Source: Promethearchaeota archaeon (lineage in GTDB: Archaea > Asgardarchaeota > Lokiarchaeia > Sigyniarchaeales > SOKP01). From it: 64,000 nucleotides of DNA. Numbering within the stretch: position 1 is the stretch's first letter; each line of letters begins with the position of its first letter. The notes under the pieces are model-generated. The model had not been told where the DNA came from, ran no database searches, and saw only the letters and a list, made by a program, of their open reading frames with translations. Below are positions 49,151 to 59,115 of this stretch, one piece after another. The translations under genes and the position numbers were made by a program. Location: NCBI GenBank assembly GCA_016840085.1, contig JAEOTA010000004.1, forward strand, positions 128,001 to 192,000, given 5' to 3'.

Positions 49151-49333
49151 CTATTCTAAATCAACATAGGGTTGATACTTAGTTTTAAAACAATAGCAAT
49201 GACAGCAGTAGAATTCTATATATTTACTATTCCAGATTTTTATGAAATATTCTTCAGATTTAGGATCACAATTCTTAATGAAACTTTCAAAATCTAAAAC
49301 CTTGCCACACCTGAAACATTTTCTTTCTCTCAT
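49151..49333 (-). CDS. 60-aa zinc-finger small protein
   Basis: MRERKCFRCG...IWNSKYIEFYCCHCY; start at ATG 49333. Confidence 0.65.
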   Translation of the reverse strand: MRERKCFRCGKVLDFESFIKNCDPKSEEYFIKIWNSKYIEFYCCHCYCFKTKYQPYVDLE

Positions 49334-49379
49334 AATTGAGCTTAATCTAGTGTAGATCAAAAAAGATAATAATTGAAAT

Positions 49380-49895
49380 TTAAAATTTTTCATAATGCAC
49401 TATTTTTTCAATTGGCTTACGGTCTGTTACTTCACCCTTAGATTTAGTAGAATATCCTAAAGGTGTTAAATCCATGACTTTATATTTGTTTGGAATTCCT
49501 AATATCGCTTTTATCTTGTTTTCATTAAACCAACCAATCCAACAAGTTGCAAGTCCTTCTGCTGTTGCAGCTAATATTAAATGTTCAAAACAAATACCAA
49601 AATCAACACCATAATATTTTTCTCCATTTTTATTGGTGCCTGAACTTGTTTCAGCTATAATGCCAACGATAAACATAGGAGCATTCCCAAATTTCTGATC
49701 TTGACCGATTGCTTGCCAAATTGCTCTTACATTTTCTGGTTCTTGAACAACAATATAATGTACTCCCTGCATATTAGCCCAAGTAGGCGCAAGCCTTGCA
49801 GCTTCTAAAATTCTTTCTATTTTATCTTTTTCGGGCATATCAGGTTTGTAAACTCGATAACTTCTCCTTTTCCTAACTACTTCATAAAAATCCAT
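49380..49895 (-). CDS. nitroreductase family protein
   Basis: RRSYRVY, AARLAPTWANMQ, EGLATCWIG. Confidence 0.92.
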   Translation of the reverse strand: MDFYEVVRKRRSYRVYKPDMPEKDKIERILEAARLAPTWANMQGVHYIVVQEPENVRAIWQAIGQDQKFGNAPMFIVGIIAETSSGTNKNGEKYYGVDFGICFEHLILAATAEGLATCWIGWFNENKIKAILGIPNKYKVMDLTPLGYSTKSKGEVTDRKPIEKIVHYEKF

Positions 49896-50229
49896 AATAT
49901 AAACACTCTTATTTTTTTCAATCGTTTTAGGTAGTTAGTTAATTTTGAATTTTTAACTTTACTATCAATTTGACATTTGCAGTAAAACTAAAAGTTTGCT
50001 ATCCAACTTTATCAAACCTTCTTAAGCATTGTTTATTTATATCCGTATTGGCATTATCCAAAATTATTATCAGAAAATCTTTCGTTAAGTAAAATCTAGG
50101 GACAATAAAACTTACCTTAGTTTTTTGCACCTAAACAAAAATATAAAAGTAGATTCTTTTATGTTCTAAGTAAATAATACCTCTAGGTATAAGATTAATA
50201 TTTTATTACCACTTCAAAGGTGATTCAAT

Positions 50230-52146
50230 ATGAGAAAATTTAAAATAAAAAATGTGCTCTTATCGATCTTTCTCCTTACCAGCCCTATATTTACACTTTT
50301 TGGCACGTTATTGATTAATGCGAAAGCAGATATCCCTGTTCCAGAACCTCATCCAAAGAATGCATGGGCTTGGAAAGTTAATTTGGGAGATACATTATGG
50401 TTTGAATTTGAAGTCGAACAATATGATGAATATTCTCACGACAAAATTCACATGTTTAAAAATAGTCTAGGAATTAATATACTAGGAGAGTATATAACTC
50501 CAATGAATTTCTCAGGAGAACTCTACGATGTATCAGTAATTGATGCTGACAGTGTTAGGTTTAATAATGTAACTGGAATGGTTGAACCTGATTTTAATTC
50601 AGGTCCAATTGCCCACTTTGGATTTAATATTTCTTCATCACCTCACGAGTTCTATCAAGGCACTTTATTTACGCCTTTTTATCAGAAATTTGGGTGTGTC
50701 CCTGTGATCCTACCAATTAATGTGACTAGTGGAATTTTAGATGTTGAGTATTTGGGTAATATAATAAATATTACTTATTTAGATCCACTCTATTCAGATG
50801 GAAAAATCAATTATTTTGATTATTTTGAGTTTGATAACATTGAAAGAAGACTCTATTTTGAAAACAGTTTTGAGGGTTATTTTATTGACGCGACATACGA
50901 CGTTAATGGGACACTCGAAACAGTAGAATATTTTATTCTTCAAGAATGGTGGCCAGGATATAAAGTAGAGGTACAAGAAAAAATCTATAGAATATTTGAT
51001 CCAGATATAACTAATGAAGTTGAATGGGGAGTTGATATTGGCTATGTCCTATATTTTGGTGAAAATAGTTATGATAAGAAGTTTGTTGAAAAAAAAATCG
51101 AAATAACTGGATTTAGCATTGGGAATTATGAAGGATATTGGGATTTTGATCCAGGTAATGGACTCTTACCAATGTCTTTTAAGGAAGTATGGGCTAATAT
51201 CTCTGTGTGGGATCCCTCCATGGAAGAATTTAGGTTTCAAAGTCAAGAAGTTGTAGGGATTGCAAATAATTTTTATCCTTCATTACCCTGGCAAGCTACT
51301 TTTCCATTTATGCCTTACATATTTGATCAAAATGCGACAATGGAGGAACTTAAATTTATGCAAAATAAGTTCACTTGTAGATATGTCCATCTAGATGATT
51401 TTCATATGGATTTTGATGGTAAATTCTTGCATTTTGAAGGGATGAATTACTCACAATCACAAACTATCAGAGGAATTGTTGATATGGAAAGTGGTACAAT
51501 GAAGCTAATGCAATTTCTTAGATATGATAATCTAGAATCCATAATGTTTGAAAAGAATTTCGTACCCCTTTTCTCAGGATATAATAACCTAATGCTTATG
51601 TCTGAATTTATACATGAGTTAAGTTTTCGTACCCAAATTACGACAACAACTGGTGGTGTTAATCTTCTTTATGCCATATTACCAGTATCTCCCGTACCTC
51701 AGAGAATACCTTATGGAGAACTATTATTCTATACCGATATGATGGTGACCAATCACTTTTCAGTGAATTCCATGTCAATGACTATCACGTTACCATGGGA
51801 CATTAATTTAAATTCAAGCAGGTTGCTCTTTTTTAGATGGGATTCTTATGATGGATTTCATGGAAATTGGCATGAAATGTCCGAAGAAGAAATTAACAAA
51901 ACAGTGACTTTTGATTATGACTCCAATTCAGTAACAATAGAATTTGATATGAATGAACCTTTTTCTAATGTTTTTGCATTGGGATATGAATCAAAATATG
52001 ATGATGAATATGGCAATGGCGACGATGAATATTATGAAGAAATTCCCGGATATGACTTATTAATTCTAATAGGAATAATTAGTTTTACATCTTTAGCATT
52101 AATTAAAATAATCCGAAAATCAAGGGTAAAGATTTTCAAAAAATAA
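50230..52146 (+). CDS. secreted/cell-surface protein with C-terminal IPGY-TM-basic sorting signal (Loki-CTERM-like)
   Basis: N-terminal signal peptide; repeated W(G/K)VxxGxxL(Y/W)F domain starts; EEIPGYDLLILIG...IIRKSRVK. Confidence 0.8.
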   Translation: MRKFKIKNVLLSIFLLTSPIFTLFGTLLINAKADIPVPEPHPKNAWAWKVNLGDTLWFEFEVEQYDEYSHDKIHMFKNSLGINILGEYITPMNFSGELYDVSVIDADSVRFNNVTGMVEPDFNSGPIAHFGFNISSSPHEFYQGTLFTPFYQKFGCVPVILPINVTSGILDVEYLGNIINITYLDPLYSDGKINYFDYFEFDNIERRLYFENSFEGYFIDATYDVNGTLETVEYFILQEWWPGYKVEVQEKIYRIFDPDITNEVEWGVDIGYVLYFGENSYDKKFVEKKIEITGFSIGNYEGYWDFDPGNGLLPMSFKEVWANISVWDPSMEEFRFQSQEVVGIANNFYPSLPWQATFPFMPYIFDQNATMEELKFMQNKFTCRYVHLDDFHMDFDGKFLHFEGMNYSQSQTIRGIVDMESGTMKLMQFLRYDNLESIMFEKNFVPLFSGYNNLMLMSEFIHELSFRTQITTTTGGVNLLYAILPVSPVPQRIPYGELLFYTDMMVTNHFSVNSMSMTITLPWDINLNSSRLLFFRWDSYDGFHGNWHEMSEEEINKTVTFDYDSNSVTIEFDMNEPFSNVFALGYESKYDDEYGNGDDEYYEEIPGYDLLILIGIISFTSLALIKIIRKSRVKIFKK

Positions 52147-52325
52147 ACAACATTTTTTTATTTTATTTTTTAACCCTTTATAAAGTTTCAATTGGAATTC
52201 ATTCAGTTTCAAATCTAACTATTGTCTCATTTTTAATAAAAAATATCTTAAAAAAATTTTTAATAAGTTAAATTGTTAAAATAAGTAATTAAGATAATAA
52301 ATCTTCTAATAAATGGTGACCTCAT

Positions 52326-53336
52326 ATCTCTGAAATAATTATATTATCACAAGAAGAGGTTAAAAACTGTCTCCCAATGAGTATGGCAATTCAAGCTGTA
52401 AGGGAAGCCTATATTGCATTTACTAAAGGGCGAGTAAAAATGCCACCAGTTATGCATTTAGATTTATCTCAGTTTCATGGTGAAATAGATATTAAATCTG
52501 GTTATGTGGAGGACTTAGGACTCATTGGTACTAAAATTGCTAGTGGATTCTATGATAACTATAAATTAGGATTACCTCCCGGAGTAGCAATAATTGTGTT
52601 AATGGATCTCAAAACTAGTATTCCGCTTGCAATCATGGATGGGACTTATGTTACAGCTTATAGGACAGGAGCAGCTGGAGCTGTGGCAGCAAATGTTCTT
52701 GCAAAGAAAGATTCAGAAACTGTAGGGGTTATTGGTACTGGCACCCAAGCAAGAATGCAGGTAATTGCATTAATGGAAATTTTCCCTTTGAAAAAAATTA
52801 AAGTATGGGGGCGTAATAAAGCATCAAGAAATATATACTCTAAGGAAATGTCAGAAAAACTTGGAGTTACAATACAAGGTGTAGATAACATCAAACAAGC
52901 GGTAGATGGAGTAGATATTATTGTAACCGTTACGCCGTCTAAAAAATCTTTAGTCAATGAAGAATGGATTGATGAAGGAGTTCATATAAATGCCATCGGT
53001 GCAGATGCACCAGGAAAGCAAGAAATTGACCCTAAAATAATCAAAAAGGCAAATAAAATTGTTGTTGATAGCTTTAGCCAATGTCGAGTTATTGGAGAAA
53101 TCCAACATGCCCTTTCCGAAGGATTAATAAAAGAAGATGATATATATGCTGAAATTGGTGAAATTCTCATTGGAGAAAAGAAAGGGAGAGAATCGGAAAA
53201 AGAAATCACACTATTTGATTCAACTGGTCTTGCAGCTCAAGATATAGCAGCTGCAAATATAGTTTATAAACAAGCAAAAGAAAAAAATATGGGAAAAATG
53301 GTGTCTCTTTTAGATATAAGAAGTAGAGGAATATAA
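52326..53336 (+). CDS. ornithine cyclodeaminase/mu-crystallin family (archaeal alanine dehydrogenase-like), apparent ATC start
   Basis: TAYRTGAAGAVA, IGTGTQA, HINAIGAD, FDSTGLAAQD; frame extends to (I)SEIIILSQEEVKNCLPM behind a GGTGA SD. Confidence 0.88.
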   Translation: MSEIIILSQEEVKNCLPMSMAIQAVREAYIAFTKGRVKMPPVMHLDLSQFHGEIDIKSGYVEDLGLIGTKIASGFYDNYKLGLPPGVAIIVLMDLKTSIPLAIMDGTYVTAYRTGAAGAVAANVLAKKDSETVGVIGTGTQARMQVIALMEIFPLKKIKVWGRNKASRNIYSKEMSEKLGVTIQGVDNIKQAVDGVDIIVTVTPSKKSLVNEEWIDEGVHINAIGADAPGKQEIDPKIIKKANKIVVDSFSQCRVIGEIQHALSEGLIKEDDIYAEIGEILIGEKKGRESEKEITLFDSTGLAAQDIAAANIVYKQAKEKNMGKMVSLLDIRSRGI

Positions 53337-53347
53337 AAGGTGCAAGG

Positions 53348-54319
53348 ATGAGTAATATAAGTCTTGAAACAATCAAAAATGCTCAGAATCGAATAGTTGA
53401 TTTTATTAAGAAAACACCTCTTCTTCATTCGGAATTTCTGAGTAAATTGTGTAAAGGAACAGTCTACTTAAAGTTGGAAAATCAACAACTTACAAACTCA
53501 TTTAAAATAAGAGGAGCTTTTAACCGAATGTTACAATTAAATGAAGAAGAGATGAGACGTGGAGTTATCACTGCTTCGTCGGGAAACCATGCTCAGGGAG
53601 TTGCCTTAGCAGCAAAACATTTAGGCATTTCTACTAAAATTGTGGTTCCAAAGGAGATTTCAAAAGCTAAATTGGATAAGATAAAAAAATTTGATGTTTC
53701 AATTGTTCAAGAGGGAAATTACGATGAGGTTGAATCCAAAGCAAAGAAGTTATCTATCAATGAAGGTTTAACTTATATTAGTCCATATAATGATAGAGAA
53801 ATTATAGTAGGTCAAGGTACAATCGGTCTTGAGATCTATGAAGAACTCGGTCATGTTGATTCTATTGTGGTTCCAATAGGAGGAGGTGGTCTGGTGTCTG
53901 GAATTTCTGTTGCGATAAAATCTATAGATCCTACTACCACTATTATAGGGGTTCAAACAAAAGGAGCTTCTACTATGTATGAATCGTGGAAAAAGGGTAA
54001 AGTGGTTTCGATAAAAGAATCTTACACCCTAGCGGAAGGGCTTTCAGGTGGACTTGAGCCTAATGCACTAACTTTTGAAATAATAAAAAAAAATGTTGAA
54101 AAGATAAAAATAGTTAAAGAACGCAATATTAAAAAAGCAATTACTCTTCTCTGGAAAAAAGAAGAACAAGTTGTTGAAGGTGCTGGTGCTACCTCTGTTG
54201 CTCATATCATTGAAAATAAAAAGGAATTTAAAGATAAAATTATAGTTGCTGTGATAAGTGGAGGTAATATTGAGGAATCATTATTTCAAAAGATTATAAA
54301 AAAAAGATTGAATCATTAA
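53348..54319 (+). CDS. threonine/serine dehydratase (catabolic type, no ACT domain)
   Basis: LKLENQQLTNSFKIRGA PLP lysine, ASSGNHAQG, PIGGGGL, SGGNI. Confidence 0.92.
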   Translation: MSNISLETIKNAQNRIVDFIKKTPLLHSEFLSKLCKGTVYLKLENQQLTNSFKIRGAFNRMLQLNEEEMRRGVITASSGNHAQGVALAAKHLGISTKIVVPKEISKAKLDKIKKFDVSIVQEGNYDEVESKAKKLSINEGLTYISPYNDREIIVGQGTIGLEIYEELGHVDSIVVPIGGGGLVSGISVAIKSIDPTTTIIGVQTKGASTMYESWKKGKVVSIKESYTLAEGLSGGLEPNALTFEIIKKNVEKIKIVKERNIKKAITLLWKKEEQVVEGAGATSVAHIIENKKEFKDKIIVAVISGGNIEESLFQKIIKKRLNH

Positions 54320-54599
54320 GATGATAATCATATTTGAGCTTTAAGGACTTTAAAAATATAATTAGCACCTTTTACGTAATAAATCGTCATTATATATAGC
54401 GTTTAGATTAATTCCTAGTGTCTCATATTTCGAGTCTAATCATTTCCTAAGAAGGAATTATTATGTATATAAATTAATTTCATAAATCTCTCCAGTTACA
54501 GAAGATTTATGGAGTAATTTACAGAAAAATATTTAAATTATTAATATAAGTGTTTATGTAGATAATCATTTTCAATAGTATAGATTATTATTCATCCTT

Positions 54600-54926
54600 A
54601 TGTCGATCTTACTATCAAATAAGTCTAAAGAATATCTAAAAAAAAGTAATACATCTAACTTTTTAGTTGATATTGACTTTATTGAGGAGCCATGTACTCA
54701 AATATACAATCCAACAATAGAAAAAATTAAAGATGTTGATTTAGAAAAATATAATGATTTTGAAAAAGTATCTAAAGATAATTTAATATTATTTTTATCT
54801 GATTGGTTTATTAAAATTTATGGAAAATTAGAAGAATACGAGTTAGATTTAAATGGATTTTTAAAAAAAAGATTAACGATTAAAAATATTGATCCAATTA
54901 TTAAAAATACTTGTAAGGTTAATTGA
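54600..54926 (+). CDS. hypothetical protein
   Basis: 108-aa ORF heading the TlpA/CcdA cluster. Confidence 0.6.
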   Translation: MSILLSNKSKEYLKKSNTSNFLVDIDFIEEPCTQIYNPTIEKIKDVDLEKYNDFEKVSKDNLILFLSDWFIKIYGKLEEYELDLNGFLKKRLTIKNIDPIIKNTCKVN

Positions 54927-54968
54927 TAAATACATATAAACAATATATCAAAACTATAGGTAAAATTA

Positions 54969-55634
54969 ATGAAATTGCCTAAAGAAATAAAAGAAAAGAA
55001 AAAACAAAAATTAAAAACAAAAAAATCAAGAAGAACAAAGAAGAAGAAATATAGTCCTAAAACGATTAAATCGGAGAGATACGCTTCTAAACCTAAAAAG
55101 AAGTTTAAAGATACTTTTGCTCCTTATCTAATTATAATTGGAGTGGTTTTTGTGATTATAATAGTTTTTATAACAATTTCTTTTGAAAATAAGGAGGGAG
55201 GCGGAGATAATTCAAATCCTTATAAGACCAATATAACATTTAAAACTATTGATGGTTATACGATTAAATTAGCAGATCATCAAGGAAAAATTGTTATTTT
55301 ATTTTTTTTTGATTTAGACTGTCCACCTTGCGGTCCTGAAGCAAATGTTATAAGTGATATTGATGATGATTATTCGAACAGCCAAGTATATATACTTCTA
55401 ATAACGGTACATTATTGGGACTCAAATGATGGTTTAAACCAATTTAAAGAAGATCATAATTTAAATCGACATATAGTTCGTGATGATAATTCTAATACTC
55501 ATGGGTCATTTTTCAATATTGCATATACACCAACAACTTTAATATTGGATAAGGATGGTGGTGAGGTTGAAAGACTTATAGGGCATGATTCTAATCATTA
55601 TGACCAAATAAAGGATGAGATTAATGGGTTGTAA
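54969..55634 (+). CDS. membrane-anchored TlpA/ResA-like thiol-disulfide oxidoreductase
   Basis: Basic N-terminus, TM, LADHQGKIVILFF...CPPC, YTPTTLILDKDG. Confidence 0.85.
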   Translation: MKLPKEIKEKKKQKLKTKKSRRTKKKKYSPKTIKSERYASKPKKKFKDTFAPYLIIIGVVFVIIIVFITISFENKEGGGDNSNPYKTNITFKTIDGYTIKLADHQGKIVILFFFDLDCPPCGPEANVISDIDDDYSNSQVYILLITVHYWDSNDGLNQFKEDHNLNRHIVRDDNSNTHGSFFNIAYTPTTLILDKDGGEVERLIGHDSNHYDQIKDEINGL

Positions 55635-55691
55635 AATAAAAATAAAAATTAATTATAAATTTGTAACATAAAGAAAACATTTTTCTAAAGA

Positions 55692-56456
55692 ATGATTGAT
55701 ATAGTTCTCTTTTTTTTAGCTATTTTTGGCGGTTTAATATCTTTTTTAACACCATGTAATGTAGTTACACTTCCATCGTTTATGCTTTATTTAGCAAGTC
55801 AAACCAATACTCCAAAAAAGGCTTTGTTAATGAGTTTATTTTTCTCATTAGGATTTATTTTGATGTTTTCATTAATTGCTACCTTATACATTATTATTTC
55901 TGGTTTCATAAGATTTACCTTTTGGTTAAAATTGTTCTCCGGTTTGATAATAATCATTTTATCAGTTTATATTTATTTTGCAAAGCAATTTACGAGAACT
56001 GCACAGATTTTAAGTCCAGCCCAGAATCATAATAATAACCAAAACGAGTTAGAATACAATGAAAAAGAAACTAATTCAAATACAGTCGATGCAAGTACTT
56101 TTGATCATGAATTAATGAAGTATGAAGGGTATAGCGGGTCATTCATGCTTGGATTTTCAATGGGATTTTCATGGATTGGATGTATAACTCCAATTTATCT
56201 GTCAATAGTTTTAATTGTGTCTGATCAAGCAGATTTTGTTACAGGGATTATTTTATTTACATGCTATGCTTTAGGAATTATGATTCCTTACTTACTTATT
56301 GGAGCCTCAATAGGAAAAATTAAACAAGTATTTTTTGTTAAATTAATTAAGATTGGTTCCAAACTCCAAAAAATATTCGCAATAGTTTTATTATACATCG
56401 GAATTGAGATAACTTTAGCTGCATTTGGAATTCCTGGTTTATTACCTTTTATTTGA
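55692..56456 (+). CDS. ccdA: CcdA/DsbD-family transmembrane electron transporter
   Basis: GLISFLTPCNVVTLP and FSWIGCITP catalytic Cys pair, YALGIMIP. Confidence 0.88.
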   Translation: MIDIVLFFLAIFGGLISFLTPCNVVTLPSFMLYLASQTNTPKKALLMSLFFSLGFILMFSLIATLYIIISGFIRFTFWLKLFSGLIIIILSVYIYFAKQFTRTAQILSPAQNHNNNQNELEYNEKETNSNTVDASTFDHELMKYEGYSGSFMLGFSMGFSWIGCITPIYLSIVLIVSDQADFVTGIILFTCYALGIMIPYLLIGASIGKIKQVFFVKLIKIGSKLQKIFAIVLLYIGIEITLAAFGIPGLLPFI

Positions 56457-56533
56457 TTAATTAAAATAATGTTATTTAGAGTGAAAGCCCTCATATATTC
56501 CAATTCTCTTTTAGTTGGGAATAGTATTTTATA

Positions 56534-56782
56534 TTACTCCTCTTTATTCAAGTCTGATATGCATGTATAAACAATGTCCGTTGGGGATTTTGGTTTTAAT
56601 TCGTCAAGAATTACTATTTGAGTTCTATGTCCTCGATGTGTTTTCTCAAATTGCTGTAATAATTGTATAGCTTTATAATTATTAACATTAATAATGCAAT
56701 ATACATGGCAATCGAAACAAGCTCTCGCTCTTGTTTTTTTTAATTTATTATTAATTGATTCATTCAGATCCAATTTCATCAT
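56534..56782 (-). CDS. small putative Zn-binding protein
   Basis: ACFDCHVY...FEKTHRGH (CxxC + HxxH). Confidence 0.6.
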   Translation of the reverse strand: MMKLDLNESINNKLKKTRARACFDCHVYCIINVNNYKAIQLLQQFEKTHRGHRTQIVILDELKPKSPTDIVYTCISDLNKEE

Positions 56783-57235
56783 TCTCTTTTTTATGGTTTT
56801 CTAATGTATCACATATCAACAGTATAAGTATGGTAAGTATGAAACTCCATATTAATAGAAATATCATCTCTTGAAGTGATAATGATTCTAGGAAACAAAA
56901 TATAACCCAATATAACATATAAAGCACGATACCAATCTAATATATTGTAAACCATCTCATAAGGTTTCATACTCATTTAAAAAAATCATTTATTTTTTTT
57001 ATTATACCTTTACTCTTTATTTTTTCATATCTTTTTTCAAGTTCATTAGGAATTTCATAGACTCCCTTATTATGAGCAATTTCCTTTAATTTATCTATTA
57101 ATTACAGAGAATAAATATTCGGTAAAATATAAAGAAGGAACTAAAGACGTTGATATAGGTTTTTTAAAAGCATGTGATGCGTTTTTGATTAGTATTTTAA
57201 AAACAATATATTCGGTTGTATCATACTTTTTTTAC

Positions 57236-57822
57236 TCAAATGTTGAGATACCTTCTAACAAGTCGAATGTAAAACCTATAATTATATAGATTCCATTTAT
57301 CACATGCTTTGGGTAAATTTTCATTTGCTACAATATCGGCTCTCATTTTGGATAATTTTCCAGCCTTAGTCAATGATGAATCCCAAAAAGATTGTACAAC
57401 AGCTAAATCAATGACAGAATTTCCAATTAAAGCCAAAACATCAGCAGCATCGCCCGAAGAACCTAATTCTATAAATTCATCAGGATTTAATGTTTTTCTT
57501 GTTGATATTTAAAATGTTTTTGCATATCTTCATATATATTTCGAATACTTGGGCGGGATAAAGCAAGCATAATTAATTCTGGTGTTTTGAACTCTAATCG
57601 AAATATTTTTCTAATTCAGGTATTAAATTATTCTGAATTTTATTCATAGTATCTAAAAGGTGATTTAACTCGTCTAAAAATCCCTGAAGTTTTTGGTGCT
57701 TTTTTGAATTAGTAGAGGATTCATTCTCTTTTTCTTGCATAATTTTTTCTTGTAAAATTTTCGTCTTTAATTCTAATCCAATAGCATTCCATTTTAATCG
57801 TTTATGCAATTTTTTCCCCCAT
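57236..57822 (-). pseudogene. frameshifted ribonuclease III-domain gene
   Basis: Joining frames gives ...LEFKTPELIMLALSRPS...DVLALIGNSVIDLAVVQ...KAGKLSKMRADIVANENL; three 1-nt frameshifts and the signature GD changed to GN. Confidence 0.7.
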
Positions 57823-57845
57823 AGTAATAATTCTAATTTTTTTTT

Positions 57846-58233
57846 TCATGTGTAGGTACTGTTAAGTTCTTTTAAAAAATTATTATAATTTCTGATATTT
57901 TCTTCAAATGTATGTTTAGATTTAATAATTTTTTCAATTTGGGCAAAATTTTCTGATTTTTCATACTTATTAATTAGAAAATCTTTAAATTGTTCAAAAT
58001 CTAATTTATTAAAGTTTTTAGGAGAAAAATTATCGTGGTCTTTATAATAGTAAGTTAAGAGCTCAAAAGGATATAAAGCAAATTGATCTAGCGGAATAAA
58101 ATTATATTGAAATATAAAATTCTCAGAACCTGCTTTAAATTTTAACTCATGTGATTTTAGAACATAAGTCAGTTCACTCTCTTCTTTAAATAAATTTAAT
58201 TGCTTTTTACTAATTTTTATATCAATTTTGGAG
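57846..58233 (-). pseudogene. C-terminal fragment of hypothetical protein truncated at junction
   Basis: ORF begins inside the 13-bp duplication; no promoter space. Confidence 0.45.
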
Positions 58234-58246
58234 ATCAATTTTGGAG
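58221..58246. repeat. 13-bp tandem duplication at junction
   Basis: ATCAATTTTGGAG x2. Confidence 0.85.
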
Positions 58247-59092
58247 ATATTATTTATTAGTCAAGATTATCAGCATGATTGCAAGTGTATTGAAGCTCTT
58301 GAAGATTTCTATATGGTTATTTCTAGGAGCCAATATCCAGAAGGTTATAATATAGCCACAGGAGCGGCTGGTCCCCATGTGCGAGAAGAAATAAGTGGGC
58401 ATGCGTTAAAGCGTATGAAGGAGGCATTAGATACTTTGATTTCTAATGGTTTTTCCAGAGCTGACCTAGCTTTCTATTTGAAGCTAGGGAACGAGGCTCG
58501 TGTTGATAAATTGATACAGAATGCCTATGAAGGCAAGAAATTTACAGTAGTCCAGAGGGAATTAATAGAGGGTAAGATATTCGATTTAGTGGAAATAGGT
58601 TATGTAACGCCCGGAGACCTTTTTCCATATTTCAAGGGCTTTACTCCAAACGAACTCTTTAGCTTTATAGTAAAGAGTGAGAAGGGTAGAAGATATATGA
58701 AGGCCCTAGTAGCTTCTTTAATTAGCAAGTATGGAATCGATAGATACGCAGGTTTATTGGAACATCTAGGTATGCAACCTACAAGGCTTTATAGGGCTAT
58801 TCCTGGTAGCCTACAAGCACTCGTTAAAGATATGGGTGGGTTGAGGAATATTATATACGAGAATTATCTAACCCCTCTTGCTATTCGAATGCTAGAAAGT
58901 TCTAAAAATGCGCATGATTTATTGATAAAGATAGGATGGGATATTCCTACAGGTCCAACATACAGATTAACTAGTGGTAAGCCAAGTAAGACAGGAATTC
59001 GTATAATTGAAGATAGGATCTTTAAACTATTTGGCATGTCATATGAGGAAGCGAAGGTTAGGTATTTCAATGGTTATTTGGGAGATCACTAA
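58241..59092 (+). CDS. GC-richer hypothetical protein, probably 5'-truncated; begins with GIY-YIG-like C-terminal motif
   Basis: IEALEDFYMVISRSQYPEGYNI (E...GYN); AAG/GAG-rich codon usage unlike neighbours; TTG start lies within the duplication. Confidence 0.55.
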   Translation: MEILFISQDYQHDCKCIEALEDFYMVISRSQYPEGYNIATGAAGPHVREEISGHALKRMKEALDTLISNGFSRADLAFYLKLGNEARVDKLIQNAYEGKKFTVVQRELIEGKIFDLVEIGYVTPGDLFPYFKGFTPNELFSFIVKSEKGRRYMKALVASLISKYGIDRYAGLLEHLGMQPTRLYRAIPGSLQALVKDMGGLRNIIYENYLTPLAIRMLESSKNAHDLLIKIGWDIPTGPTYRLTSGKPSKTGIRIIEDRIFKLFGMSYEEAKVRYFNGYLGDH

Positions 59093-59115
59093 CAGCTTTA
59101 TTTTTAACTTAATTT

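Noticed and set aside
54481-54511. CATAAATCT...AGATTTATG inverted repeat
   Set aside because: AT-rich 9-bp stem with no supporting context; may be chance.
56809-56976. 55-aa minus-strand ORF (MSMKPYEMVY...)
   Set aside because: No motif or independent support; left uncalled.
57594-57596. TAG as possible pyrrolysine codon
   Set aside because: The continuation is in another frame and the gene has several other lesions.
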